Positions 1 through 14,527 are shown, counted from the first letter of the stretch. The stretch is 64,000 nt of DNA from Eledone cirrhosa (GCA_964016885.1 OZ024741.1:251844001-251908000), one strand, 5' to 3'. Numbers and translations: made by a program. Notes: generated by a model not told the origin, from the sequence alone.

Positions 1-455
1 ATTGAAGGATTGTCAGTGGAGTGTTGGAGGTGTGTGAGTGTTGAATGAGTGTCAGTGGAGTGCTGAAGAGGTCTGAGTGAAGTGTTGGAGGAGTATAAGT
101 GGAGTGTTGGAGATGAGTGAGTGGAGTTTTGAAGAGGTGTGAGTGGAGGGTAGGTGGAGTGTTGAAGGAGTGTGAGTGGTGCATTGAATGAGTATGAATG
201 GAGTGTTGAAGGAGTGTTGAAAGAGTATAGGTAGAATGTTGAAGAGGTGTGAGTGGAGTGTTGAAAGAGTGTCAGTGGAGTATTGGAGGGGTATGAGTGG
301 AGGGTGGGTAGAGTATTGAAGGAGTGTTAGTGGAGTGTTGGATGAGTTTGAGTGGAGTGTTGGAGTTTTAGTGGAGTGGTGAGGAGTGGGAGGGGACTGT
401 TGAAAATGTTGAAGCAGTGCAAGTGGTGTGTTGAAGGATTGTCAGTGGAATGTTG
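1..455. repeat. Degenerate purine-rich minisatellite (~22-bp unit, GTGGAGTGTTGAAGGAGTGTGA-like), truncated by window start
   Basis: Recurrent GTGGAGTGTTG(A/G)A motif with roughly 22-bp spacing and many substitutions. Confidence 0.75.
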
Positions 456-3400
456 CCTATCTACCAGTGAGCTTACTGAAGTCACCTCTAGTTTACTCCA
501 TTGACCTTATGAGGTGACCTCTAGTTTGCTCCAGGGACCTTATGGGAGTGACCTCTAGTTTGCTCCATTGACCTTATGAGGTGACCTCTAGTTTGCTCCA
601 GGGACCTTATGGGAGTAACCTCTACCTTGCTCCACTGACCTTGTGGGAGTGACCTCTACGTTGCTCCAGTGACCTTATGGGAGTGACCTCTAGTTTGCTC
701 CAGTGACCTTATGGGAGTGACCTCTACCTTGCTCCACTGACCTTATGGAAGTGATCTCTACCTTGCTCCAGTGACCTTATGGGAGTGACCTCTAGTTTAC
801 TCCAGTGACCTTATGGGAGTGACCGCTACCTTGTTCCAGTGACCTTATGGGAGTGACCTCTACCATTCTCCAGTGACCTTATGGGAGTGACCTCTAGTTT
901 GCTCCAGTGACCTTATGGGAGTGACCTCTAGTTTGCTCCAGTGACCTTATGGGAGTGACCTCTACCTTGCTCCACTGACCTTATGGAAGTGATCTCTACC
1001 TTGCTCCAGTGACCTTATGGGAGTGACCTCTAGTTTACTCCAGTGACCTTATGGGAGTGACCGCTACCTTGTTCCAGTGACCTTATGGGAGTGACCTCTA
1101 CCTTGCTCCACTGACCTTATGGAAGTGATCTCTACCATGCTCCAGTGACCTTATGGGAGTGACCTCTAGTTTGCTCCAGTGACCTTATGGGAGTGACCTC
1201 TAGCTTGGTCCAGTCACCATATGGGAATGACCTCTAGTTTGCTCCAGTGACCTTATGGGAGTGGCCTCTAGTGTGTTCCAATGACCTTATGGGGGTGACC
1301 TCTACTTTGCTCCAGTGACCTTATGGGAGTGGCCTCTAGTTTTCTCCAGTCACCTTATGGGAGTAACCTCTAGTTTTCTCCAGTGACCTTATGGGAGTGA
1401 CCTCTACTTTGCTCCAGTGACCTTATGGGAGTGACCTCTAGTTTGCTCCAGTGACCTTATAGGAGTGACCTCTACCTTGCTCCAGTGACCTTATGGGAGT
1501 GACCTCTACCTTGCTCCAGTGACCTTATGGGAGTGACCTCTACCATGCTTCAATGACCTTATGGGAGTGACATCTACGTTGCTCCAATGGCCTTATGGGA
1601 GTGACCTCTACCTTGCTCCAGTGACCTTATGGGAGTGACCTCTACCTTGCTCTAGTAAACCTTATGGGAGTGACTTCTACCTTGCTTCAATGACCTTATG
1701 GGAGTAACCTCTACCTTGCTTCAGTGACCTTATGGGAGTGGCCTGTACCTTGCTCCAGTGACCTTATGGGAGAGACCTCTACCTTGCTCCAGTGACCTTA
1801 TGGGAGTGACCTCTAGTTTTCTCCAGTGACCTTATGGGGGTGACCTCTAGTGTGCTCCAGGGACATTATGGGAGTGACCTCTAGTTTGCTCCAGTGACCG
1901 TGTGGGACTGACCTCTACCTTGCTTCAGTGACCTTATGGGAGTGGCCTGTACCTTGCTCCAGTGACCTTATGGGAGAGACCTCTACCTTGCTCCAGTGAC
2001 CTTATGGGAGTGACCTCTAGTTTTCTCCAGTAACCTTATGGCAGTGACTTCTACCTTGCTCCAGTGGGTTTATGGGAGTGACCTCTAGTTTGCTCTAGTA
2101 ACCTTATGGGAGTGACCTCTAGTTTGCTCTAGTAACCTTATGGTAGTGACCTCTAGTTTGCTACAATGACCTTATGGGAGTGACCTTTACCTTGCTCCAG
2201 TGACCTTATGGGAGTAGCCTGTACCTTGCTCATATGACCTTATGGGAGTGACCTCTACCTTGTTCCAGTGACCTTATGGGAGTGACCTCTAGTTTGCTCC
2301 AGTCACCTTATGGGAGTAACCTCTAGTTTGCTCCAGTGACCATATGGGACTAACCTCTACCTTGCTCCAGTCGCCCTATGAGAGTGACCTCTACGTTGCT
2401 CCAGTGACCTTGTGGGAGTGACCTCTACCTTGCTCTAGTAAACCTTATGGGAGTGACTTCTACCTTGCTTCAGTGACCTTATGGGAGTGACATCTAAATT
2501 GCTCTAGTAACTTATAGGAGTGACCGCTAGTTTGCTACAATGACCTTATGGGAGTGACCTCTACCTTGCTCCAGTGACCTTATGGGAGTGGCCTGTACCT
2601 TGCTCCAGTCACCTTATGGGAGTGACCTTATGGGAGTGACCTCTATCTTGCTCCAGTGACCTTTTGGGAGTGAGCTCTACCTTGCTCCAGTGACCTTATG
2701 GGAGTGACCACTAGTTTGCTCCAGTGACCTTATGGGAGTGACCACTAGTTTGCTCCAGTGACCTTATGGGGGTGACCTCTAGTTTGCTCCAGTGACCTTA
2801 TGGGAGTGACCTTAGTTTGCTCTAGTAACCTTATGGGAGTGACCTCTAGTTTGCTACAATGACCTTATGGGAATGACCTCTCCCTTGCTCCAGTGACCTT
2901 ATGGGAGTGACCGCTAGTTTGCTCCAGTGACCTTATGGGAGTGACCTCTAGTTTGCTCCAGTGACCTTATGGGAGTGACATCTTGTGTGCTCCAGTGACT
3001 TTGTGGGATTGACCTCTAGTTTGCTTCAGTGATCTTATGGGAGTAAACTCTACCTTGCTCCAGTGGCCTTATGGGAGTGACCTCTAGTTTGCTCCAGTTA
3101 CCTTATGGGAGTGACCTCTACCTTGCTCCACTGACCTTATGGGAGTGACCTCTACCTTGCTCCAGTGACCTTTTGGGAGTGACCTCTAGTTTGATCCCGT
3201 GACCTTATGGGAGAGACCTCTACCTTGCTCCAGTGACCTTATGGAGTGACCACTAGTTTGCTCCAGTGACCTTATGGGAGTGACCACTAGTTTGCTCCAG
3301 TGACCTTATGGGGGTGACCTCTAGTTTGCTCCAGTGACTTTATGGGAGTGACTTTAGTTTGCTCTATTAACATTATGGGAGTGACCTCTAGTTTGCTACA

Positions 3401-6400
3401 ATGACCTTATGGGAATGACCTCTCCCTTGCTCCAGTGAGCTTATGGGAGTGACTGCTAGTTTGCTCCAGTGACCTCATGGGAGTGACCTCTAGTTTGCTT
3501 CAGTGACCTTATGGGGGTGACCTCTTGTTTGCTCCAGTGACCTTATGGGAGTGACCTTAGTTTGCTCTAGTAACCTTATGGCAGTGACCTCTAGTTTGCT
3601 ACAATGACCTTATGGGAGTGGCCTGTACCTTGCTCCAGTGACCTTATGGGAGTGGCCTGTACCTTGCTCCAGTGACCTTATGGGAGTGACCTCTAGTTTT
3701 CTCCAGTAACCTTATGGGAATGACCTCTATCTTGCACCAGTGGCCTTATTGGAGTGACCTCTACTTTGCCCCAGTGACCTTATGGGAGTGACCTCTACCT
3801 TGCTCCAGTGACCTTATCGGAATGACCTATAGTTTGCTCCAGTGACTTTATGGGAGTGACCTCTAGTTTGCTCCAGTGACTTTAATGGAGTGACCTCGAC
3901 CTTGTTCCAGTGATCTTATGGGAGTGACCTCTCGTTTGCTCCAGTGACCTTATGGTAGTGACGTCTAGTTTATTCCAGTGACCTTATGGGAGTTACCGCT
4001 ACCTTGTTCCAGTGACCTTATGGGAATGACCTCTACCTTGCTCCAGTGACCTTATGGGAGTGACCTCTAGTTTGCTCCAGTGACCTTATGGGAGCGACCT
4101 CTAATTTCTTCCAGTGACCTTATGGAAGTGACCTCTAGTGTGCTCCAGTGACCTTATGGGAGTAACCTCTACCTTGCTCCAGTGACCTTATGGGACTGAC
4201 CTCTTGTTTGCTCCAGTGACCTTATGGGAGTGACCTCTAGTTTGGTCCAGTGACCTTATGGGTGTAACCTCTACCTTGCTCCAGTAGCCTTATGGGAGTG
4301 ACCTCTAGTTTGCTCCAGTGGCCTTATGGGAGTGACCTCTACTTTGCTCCTGTCACCTTATGGGAGTGACCTATACCTTGCTCCAGTGACCTTATGGGAA
4401 TGACGTATAGTTTGCTCCAGTGACTTTATGGGAGTTACCTCTACTTTGCTCCAGTGACCTTATGGGAGGGACCTCTACCTTGATCCAGTGACCTTAATGG
4501 AGTGACCTCTACCTTGCTCCAGTGACCTTATGGGAGTGACGTCTACCTTTCTCTAGTGACCTTATGGGAGTGACCACTAGTTTGCTCCAGTGACCTTATG
4601 GGAGTGACCTCTAGTTTTCTCCAGAACCTTATGGGAGTGACCTCTAGTGTGCTCCAGGGACCTTATGGGAGGGACCTCTACCTTGGTCCAGTGACCTTAA
4701 TGGAGTGACCTCGACCTTGTTCCAGTGACCTTATGGGAGTTACCTCTCGTTTGCAACTGTGACCTTATGGTAGTGACGTCTAGTTTATTCCAGTGACCTT
4801 ATGGATGTGACCTCTTGTGTGCTCCAGTGACCTTATGGGAGTAACCTCTACCTTGCTCCAGTGACCTTATGGGAGTGACCTCTACCTTGTTCTAGTAACC
4901 TTATGGCAGTGACTTCTACCTTGCTCCAGTGACCTCATGGGAGTGACATTCTAGTTTGCTCCAGTGACCTTATGGGAGTAACCTCTACCTTGCTCAAGTC
5001 GCCTTATGGGAATGACCTCTAATTTGCTCCAGTGACCTTATGGGAGGGACCTCTTCCTTGGTCCAGTGTCCTTAATGGAGTGACCTCGACTTGTTTCAGT
5101 GACCTTATGGGAGTGACCTCTAGTTTTCTCCAATGACGTTATGGGAGTGACCTCTAACTTGCTCTAGTAACCTTATGGGAGTGACCTCTACTTTGCTCCA
5201 ATGACCTTATCGGAGTGACCTCTACCTTGCTCCAGTGACCTTATGGGAGTGGCCTGTACCTTGGTCCAGTGACCTTATGGGAGTGACCTCTACCTTGCTC
5301 CAGTGACCTTATGGGAGTGAACTCTACCTTGCTCCAGTGACCTTATGGGAATGAGCTCTAGTTTGCTCCAGTGACCTTATGGGAGTGACATCTAGTTTAC
5401 TCCAGTGACCTTATGGGAGTGACCTCTACTTTGCTCCAGTGACCTTATATGAGTGACCACTAGTTTTCTGCTGTGACCTTATTGGAGTGACATCTAGTTT
5501 GCTCCAGTGTCCTTATGGGAGTGACCTTAGTTTGCCCTAGTAACCTTATGGGAGTGACCTCTAGTTTGCTACAATGACCTTATGGGAGTGACCTCTACCT
5601 TGCTCCAGTGACCTTATGGGAGTGACCTCTACCTTGCTCCAGTGACATTATGGGAGTGACCTCTAGTTTGCTCCAGTGACCTTATGGCAGTGATCTCTAG
5701 TGTGCTCCAGTGACCTTATGGGAGTGACCTCTAGTTTGCTCCAGTGGCCTTATGGGAGTGACCTCTACCTTGCTCCAGTGACCTTATCGGAGTGACCTCT
5801 ACCTTGCTCCGGTGACCTTAAGGGAGTGACTTCTACCTTGCTCCTATGACCTTATGGGAGTAACCTTTGTTTGCATTAGTAACCTTATGGGAGTGACCTC
5901 TAGATGGCTACAATGACCTGATGGGAGTGACCTCCACCTTGATCCAGTGACCTTATGGGAGTGACCTCTAGTTTGCTTCAGTGACCTTATGGGAGTGACC
6001 TCTAGCTTGGTCCAGTCACCATATGGGAATGACCTCTAGTTTGCTCCAGTGACCTTATGGGAGTGGCCTCTAGTGTGTTCCAATGACCTTATGGGAGTGA
6101 CCTCTACTTTGCTCCAGTGACCTTATGGGAGTGGCCTCTAGTTTGCTCCAGTGACCTTATGGGAGTAACTTCTACCTTGCTCCAGTCGCTCTATGGGAGT
6201 GACCTCTAGTTTGCTCCAGTGACCTTATGGGAGTGACCTCTACCTTGCTCCAGTGACCTTATGGGAGTGACCTCTACCATGCTTCAATGACCTTATGGGA
6301 GTGACATCTACGTTGCTCCAATGGCCTTATGGGAGTGACCTCTACACTGCTCCAGTGACCTTATGGGAGTGACCTCTACCTTGCTCTAGTAAACCTTATG

Positions 6401-9400
6401 GGAGTGACTTCTACCTTGCTTCAATGACCTTATGGGAGTGGCCTGTACCTTGCTCCAGTGACCTTATGGGAGAGACCTCTACCTTGCTCCAGTGACCTTA
6501 TGGGAGTGACCTCTAGTTTTCTCCAGTGACCTTATGGGCGTGACCTCTAGTGTGCTCCAGGGACATTATGGGAGTGACCTCTAGTTTGCTCCAGTGACCG
6601 TGTGGGACTGACCTCTACCTTGCTCTAGTAACCTTATGGCAGTGACTTCTACCTTGCTCCAGTGGGCTTATGGGAGTGACCTCTAGTTTGCTCTAGTAAC
6701 CTTATGGTAGTGACCTCTAGTTTGCTACAATGACCTTATGGGAGTGACCTTTACCTTGCTCCAGTGACCTTATGGGAGTAGCCTGTACCTTGCTCATATG
6801 ACCTTATGGGAGTGACCTCTACCTTGTTCCAGTGACCTTATGGGAGTGACCTCTAGTTTGCTCCAGTCACCTTATGGGAGTAACCTCTAGTTTGCTCCAG
6901 TGACCTTATGGGACTAACCTCTACCTTGCTCCAGTCGCCCTATGAGAGTGACCTCTACGTTGCTCCAGTGACCTTGTGGGAGTGACCTCTACGTTGCTCC
7001 AGTGACCTTGTGGGAGTGACCTCTACCTTGCTCTAGTAAACCTTATGGGAGTGACTTCTACCTTGCTTCAGTGACCTTATGCGAGTGACATCTAAATTGC
7101 TCTAGTAACTTATAGGAGTGACCTCTAGTTTGCTACAATGACCTTATGGGAGTGACCTCTACCTTGCTCCAGTGACCTTATGGGAGTGGCCTGTACCTTG
7201 CTCCAGTGACCTTATGGGAGTGACCTTATGGGAGTGACCTCTATCTTGCTCCAGTGACGTTTTGGGAGTGAGCTCTACCTTGCTCCAGTGACCTTATGGG
7301 AGTGACCACTAGTTTGCTCCAGTGACCTTATGGGAGTGACCACTAGTTTGCTCCAGTGACCTTATGGGGGTGACCTCTAGTTTGCTCCAGTGACCTTATG
7401 GGAGTGACCTTAGTTTGCTCTAGTAACCTTATGGGAGTGACCTCTAGTTTGCTACAATGACCTTATGGGAATGACCTCTCCCTTGCTCCAGTGACCTTAT
7501 GGGAGTGACCGCTAGTTTGCTCCAGTGACCTTATGGGAGTGACCTCTAGTTTGCTCCAGTGACCTTATGGGAGTGACATCTAGTGTGCTCCAGTGACTTT
7601 GTGGGATTGACCTCTAGTTTGCTTCAGTGATCTTATGGGAGTAAACTCTACCTTGCTCCAGTGACCTTATGGGAGTGACCTCTAGTTTACTCCAGTTACC
7701 TTATGGGAGTGACCTCTACCTTGCTCCACTGACCTTATGGGAGTGACCTCTACCTTGCTCCAGTGACCTTATGGGAGTGACCTCTAGTTTGCTCCAGTGA
7801 CCTTATGGGAGCAACCTCTAAATTCTTCCAATGACGTTATGGAATTGACCTCTAGTGTGCTCCAGTGACCTTATGGGAGTAACCTCTACCTTGCTCCAGT
7901 GACCTTATGGGACTGACCTCTTGTTTGCTCCAGTGACCTTATGGGAGTGACCTCTAGTTTGGTCCAGTGACCAGATGGGTGTAACCTCTACCTTGCTCCA
8001 GTAGCCTTATGGGAGTGACCTCTAGTTTGCTCCAGTGGCCTTATGGGAGTGACCTCTACTTTGCTCCTGTCACCTTATGGGAGTGACCTATACCTTGCTC
8101 CCGTGACCTTATGGGAATGACGTATAGTTTGCTCCAGTGACTTTATGGGAGTGACATCTACTTTGCTCCAGTGACCTTATGGGAGGGACCTCTACCTTGA
8201 TCCAGTGACCTTAATGGAGTGACCTCTACCTTGCTCCAGTGACCTTATGGGAGTGACGTCTACCTTTCTCTAGTGACCTTATGGGAGTGACCACTAGTTT
8301 GCTCCAGTGACCTTATATGAGTGACCTCTAGTTTTCTCCAGAACCTTAGGGGAGTGATTTCTAGTGTGTTCCAGGGACCTTATGGGAGGGACCTCTACCT
8401 TGGTCCAGTGACCTTAATGGAGTGACCTCGACCTTGTTCCAGTGACCTTATGGGAGTTACCTCTCGTTTGCTCCTGTGACCTTATGGTAGTGACGTCTAG
8501 TTTATTCCAGTGACCTTATAGGAGTGACCTCTACATTGCCCCAGTGACCTTATGGGAATGACTTCTAGTTTGCTCCAGTGACCTTATGGGAGCGACCTCT
8601 ACCTTCTTCCAGTGACCTTATGGATGTGACCTCTTGTGTGCTCCAGTGACCTTATGGGAGTAACCTCTACCTTGCTCCAGTGACCTTATGGGAGTGACCT
8701 CTACCTTGCTCCAGTGACATTATGGGAGTGACCTCTAGTTTGCTCCAGTGACCTTATGGCAGTGATCTCTAGTGTGCTCCAGTGACCTTATGGGAGTGAC
8801 CTCTAGTTTGCTCCAGTGGCCTTATGGGAGTGACCTCTAATTTGCTCCAGTTACCTTATGGGAGTGACCTCTACCTTGCTCCAGTGACCTTATCGGAGTG
8901 ACCTCTACCTTGCTCCGGTGACCTTATGGGAGTGACTTCTACCTTGCTCCTATGACCTTATGGGAGTAACCTTTGTTTGCATTAGTAACCTTATGGGAGT
9001 GACCTCTAGTTTGCTACAATGACCTGATGGGAGTGACCTCTACCTTGATCCAGTGACCTTATGGGAGTGGCCTGTACCTTGCTCCAGTGACTTTATGGGA
9101 ATGATCTCTACCTTGCTCCAGTGACCTTATGGGAGTGACCTCAAGTTTGCTCCAGTGACCTTATGGGAGGGACCTCTACCTTGGTCCAGTGACCTTAATG
9201 GAGTGACCTTTACCTTGCTCCAGTGACCTTATGGGAATGACCTATAGTTTGCTCCAGTGACTTTATGGGAATGACTTCTAGTTTGCTCCAGTGACCTTAT
9301 GGGAATGACCTTAGTTTGCTCTAGTAACCTTATGGGAGTGACCTCTAGTTTGCTACAATGACCTTATGGGAGTGACCTCTTCCTTGGTCCAGTATCCTTA

Positions 9401-12400
9401 ATGGAGTGACCTCGATCTTGTTCCGGTGACCTTATGGGAGTGACCTCTAGTTTGCTCCAGTGACCTTATGGGAGTGACATCTAGTTTGCTCCACTGACCT
9501 TATGGGAGTGACCTCTAGTTTGCGCCAGTGACCTTATTGGAGTGACATCTAGTTTGCTCCAGTGACCTTATGGGAGTGACCTTAGTTTGCTCTAGTGAAC
9601 TTATGGGAGTGACATCTAGTTTGCTCTAGCAACCTTATGAGAGTGACCTATATTTTGCTACAATGACCTTATGGGAGTGACCTTTACATTGCTCCAGTGA
9701 CCTTATGGGTGTGACCTGTACCTTGCTCCAGTGACCTTATGACAGTGACCTCTACCTTGCTCCAGTGACCTTATGGGAGTGACCTCTACCTTGCTCCAGT
9801 GACCTTGTGGGAGTGACATCTACCTTGCTCCAGTGTCCTTATGGGAGTGACCTCAACCTTGCTCCAGTGACCTTATGAGAGTGACCTCTACCTTGCACTA
9901 GAAACCTTATGGGAGTGACTTCTACCTTGCTCCAGTGACCTTATGCGAGTGACCTTTACCTTTCTCCAGTGACCTTATGGTATTGACCTCTAGTTTACTC
10001 CAGTGACCTTATGGGAGTGCTCGCTACCTTGTTCCAGTGAACTTATGGGAGTGACCTCTACCTTGCTCCTGTGAACTTATGGGAGTGACCTCTAGTTTGC
10101 TCCAGTGACCTTATGGGAGTGACCTCTAGTTTGCTCCAGTGACCTTATGGGAATGACCCCTAGTGTGCTCCAGTGACCTTATGGGAGTGACCTTAGTTTG
10201 CTCTAGTAACCTTATGGGAGTGACCTCTACGTTGTTCTAGTGACCTTATGGGTGTGACTTCTTTCCTTGCTCCTCTGAACTTATGGGAGTGACCTCTAGC
10301 TTGCTCCAGTGACTTTATGGGAGTGACCTCTAGTTTGCTCCAGTGACCTTATGGGAGTGACCTCTAGTGTGCTCCAGTGACCTTATGGGAGTGAGCTCTA
10401 ATTTGCTCCAGTGACCTTGTGGGACTAACCTCTAGTGTGCTCCAGTGACCTTATGGGAGTGACCTCTAGTTTGCTCCAGTGACCTTGTGGGACTGACCTC
10501 TAGTTTGCTCCAGTGACTTTATGGGAGTGACCTCTAGTTTGCTCCAGTGACCTTATGGGAGTGACCTCTACCTTGCTCCAGTGACCTTAATGGATTGACC
10601 TCGACCTTGTTCCAGTGACCTTATGGGAGTGACCTCTAGTTTGCTCCAGTGACCTTATGGTAGTGACCTCTAGTTTGCTCCAGTGACCTTATGGGAATGA
10701 CCTCTAGTTTGCTCCAGTGACCTTATGGGAGTGACCTTAGTTTGCTCTAGTAACCTTATGGGAGTGACCTCTACGTTGTTCTAGTGACCTTATGGGAGTG
10801 ACTTCTTTCCTTGCTCCTCTGAACTTATGGGAGTGACCTCTAGCTTGCTCCAGTGACTTTATGGGAGTGACCTCTAGTTTGCTCCAGTGGCCTTATGGGA
10901 GTGACCTCTAGTGTGCTCCAGTGACCTTATGGGAGTGAGCTCTAATTTGCTCCAGTGACCTTGTGGGACTAACCTCTAGTGTGCTCCAGTGACCTTATGG
11001 GAGTGACCTCTAGTTTGCTCCAGTGACCTTGTGGGACTGACCTCTAGTTTGCTCCAGTGACTTTATGGGAGTGACCTCTAGTTTGCTCCAGTGACCTTAT
11101 GGGAGTGACCTCTACTTTGCTCCAGTGACCTTAATGGATTGACCTCGACCTTGTTCCAGTGACCTTATGGGAGTGACCTCTAGTTTGCTCCAGTGACCTT
11201 ATGGTAGTGACCTCTAGTTTACTCCAGTGACCTTATGGGAGCGAACTCTACCTTGTTCCAGTCACCTTATGGGTGTGACCTCTACCTTGCTCCAGTGAAC
11301 TTATGGGAGTGACCTCGAGTTTGCTCCACTGACCTTATGGGAGTGACCTCTAGTTTGCTCCAGTGACCTTATGGGAGTGACCTCTACGTTGCTCCAATGG
11401 CCTTATGGGAGTGACCTCTACCTTTCTCTTGTGACCTTATGGGAGTGACCTCTACCTTGCTCTAGTAACCTTATGGGAGTGACTTCTACCTTGCTCCACT
11501 GACCTTATGGGAGTGATCTCTAGTTTGCTCTAGTAACCTTATGGGAGTGACCTCTAGTTTGCCACAATGACCTTATGGGAGTGACCTCTACCTTGCTCCA
11601 GTGACCTTATGGGAGTGGCCTGTACCTTGCTCCAGTGACCTTATGGGAGTGACCTCTACCTTGCTCCAGTGACATTATGGGAGTGACCTCTAGTTTGCTC
11701 CAGTGACCTTATGGGAGTGACTTCTAGTTTAATCCAGTGATCTTATGGGAGTGACCTCTACCTTGCTCCAGTGACCTTATGGGAGTGACCTCTAATTTGC
11801 TCCAGTGACCTTGTGGGAGTAACCTCTACCTTGCTCCAGTGACCTTATGGGCGTGACCTCTACTTTGCTCCAGTGACCTTATGGGAGTGACTTCTAGTTT
11901 CCTCCAGTGACCTTATGGGAGTGACCTCTCGTTTGCTTCAGTGACCTTATTGGAGTGACCTCTAGTTTGCTCCAGTGACCTTGTGGGAGTAACGTCTACC
12001 TTGCTCCAGTGACCTTATGGGAGTGACCTCTCGTTTGCTTCAGTGATCTTATTGGAGTGACCTCTAGTTTGCTCCAGTGACCTAGTGGGAGTAACCTCTA
12101 CCTTGCTCCAGTGACCTTATGGGAGCGAACTCTACCTTGTTCCAGTCACCTTATGGGTGTGACCTCTACCTTGCTCCAGTGAACTTATGGGAGTGACCTC
12201 GAGTTTGCTCCACTGACCTTATGGGAGTGACCTCTAGTTTGCTCCAGTGACCTTATGGGAGTGACCTCTACGTTGCTCCAATGGCCTTATGGGAGTGACC
12301 TCTACCTTTCTCTTGTGACCTTATGGGAGTGACCTCTACCTTGCTCTAGTAACCTTATGGGAGTGACTTCTACCTTGCTCCACTGACCTTATGGGAGTGA

Positions 12401-13128
12401 CCTCTAGTTTGCTCTAGTAACCTTATGGGAGTGACCTCTAGTTTGCCACAATGACCTTATGGGAGTGACCTCTACCTTGCTCCAGTGACCTTATGGGAGT
12501 GGCCTGTACCTTGCTCCAGTGACCTTATGGGAGTGACCTCTACCTTGCTCCAGTGACATTATGGGAGTGACCTCTAGTTTGCTCCAGTGACCTTATGGGA
12601 GTGACTTCTAGTTTAATCCAGTGATCTTATGGGAGTGACCTCTACCTTGCTCCAGTGACCTTATGGGAGTGACCTCTAATTTGCTCCAGTGACCTTGTGG
12701 GAGTAACCTCTACCTTGCTCCAGTGACCTTATGGGAGTGACCTCTACTTTGCTCCAGTGACCTTATGGGAGTGACTTCTAGTTTCCTCCAGTGACCTTAT
12801 GGGAGTGACCTCTACCTTGCTCCAGTGACCTTATGGGGGTGACCACTAGTTTTCTCCAGTTACCTTATGGGAGTGACCTCTCGTTTGCTTCAGTGACCTT
12901 ATTGGAGTGACCTCTAGTTTGCTCCAGTGACCTTGTGGGAGTAACGTCTACCTTGCTCCAGTGACCTTATGGGAGTGACCTCTCGTTTGCTTCAGTGATC
13001 TTATTGGAGTGACCTCTAGTTTGCTCCAGTGACCTAGTGGGAGTAACCTCTACCTTGCTCCAGTGACCTTATGGGAGTGACCTCTAGTTTGCTCCATTGA
13101 CCTTATGGGAGTGACCTCTACTTTGCTT
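456..13128. repeat. 34-bp tandem satellite (GACCTTATGGGAGTGACCTCTA[GT/CC]TTGCTCCAGT), ~370 copies, with higher-order duplications
   Basis: Unit counted directly; uninterrupted for 12.7 kb; diagnostic variants recur at offsets of 238, 544 and 884 bp (7, 16 and 26 units). Confidence 0.98.
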
Positions 13129-13184
13129 GTCAAACAAAGCATCCTACTAGATAATCTCTATGGTAATCATTGACAGATATAAAG

Positions 13185-13940
13185 ATATAACAGTTATGAC
13201 TAACAGCACTAGTATGTCAGAATCATTGACCACAGTCATAATCACATAATATTTATGACTTACATTAATACAACAGCATCATTGACCACAGTCACAAAGA
13301 CATAGTTGTTGTGACTAATATTAGTATGCCAGAATCATTGACCACAGTCACAAAGACAATAGTTATGACTAACATTAGTATGTCAGTATAATTGATGACA
13401 GTCATAAAAATACAATAGTTATGACTAACAACACTAGTATGTCAGAATCATTGACCACAGTTATAAGACACAATAGTTATGATTAACATTAATAAGACAA
13501 CATCATTGACCAAATTCATAGACATGATAGTTGTGACTAATATTAGTATGCCAGAATCATTGATCATAGTCATGAAGACAATAGTATTGACTAACAAAAT
13601 TACTATGACAGAATCATTAACCAGTCATAAAGATGCAATAGTTATGACTAACAAAATTATTATGACATAATCATTCATCACAGTCATAAAGATGTAATAG
13701 TTATGACTAACATTAATAAGACAGCTTCATTGACCCGTCATAAATGCACGACACTATAGTTATAACTAACAACATTAGTATGTCAGAATCATTAACTACA
13801 TTCACAATACAATAGCTATGACTAACAACATTAGTATGTCTGAATCATTAACCACAATTACAAAGACAATAGTTAGGACTAACAACACTAGTATGTGAGA
13901 ATCATTAACCACAATCACATGTATACAATAGTTATGAATA
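13185..13940. repeat. Diverged AT-rich minisatellite, ~56-59-bp unit (CAATAGTTATGACTAACAACACTAGTATGTCAGAATCATTGACCACAGTCATAAAGA), ~13 copies
   Basis: ATCATT(G/A)AC and GTTATGACTAAC recur about every 57 bp. Confidence 0.85.
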
Positions 13941-14194
13941 ATATTAGTTTCCTTCCCTATGCTCCAAGGTAAGGCCTTCTCTATTTTGTCTGTTAAGACC
14001 ATGAGATATTATGTGCCTGGGGTGCTGTATTTTGGAGAGCATTCTCCCATATTGTCCAAGGATATATCATTGTAGTAGTGATAATGTTGCTCTCTGTATT
14101 ATTGTTAGGTTTAGTTGTATTATTTACTAATCATAATTAAACTATAAAAACATTAATTAATTTTTAAAATAACACCACAAAGATATACTAATTA

Positions 14195-14400
14195 TCATCA
14201 TCATCATCATTTAACATCTATCTTCCATGCTAGCATGGGTTAGATGGGTTTATCCCATTTGAGGCAAGTTGGGTCCCGATGACTGTGTCGCTGGTTTTCT
14301 ATGGCCGGATGCCTTTCCTAATGCCAAACACATTTACAGTGTGTGCTGGGTGCATTTTGCCGTGTCTCCTACATGACTACTTTACAGTGTAGACTGGATG
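14195..14400 (-). mobile_element. 3' end of RTE-type LINE/SINE with (ATG)n tail
   Basis: Reverse complement of GGAA(A/G)GGCATCC(A/G)GCC...CCCATGCTAGCATGGAAGA...TTAAATGATGATG, matching the copies at 39.5 kb and 49.1 kb. Confidence 0.8.
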
Positions 14401-14527
14401 CTATTTGTCTATCATTAATACGTGTAATCCTTAACTTATTTGACCCAGTGACATTGAAAGTGGACATAAAATATTTAACTTTTGTAAAACTTTAGTTAAT
14501 AAACAAAATATTTCTTCTTAATGAAGA

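Noticed and set aside
456-13128. CRISPR-like array (34-bp repeat; also the 41-bp array at 25.5-27.1 kb)
   Set aside because: Units are contiguous with no unique spacers, there are no cas genes, and the DNA is eukaryotic
13965-14100. Possible downstream protocadherin exon
   Set aside because: The candidate acceptor is weak and the required phase-0 frame stops after 8 codons
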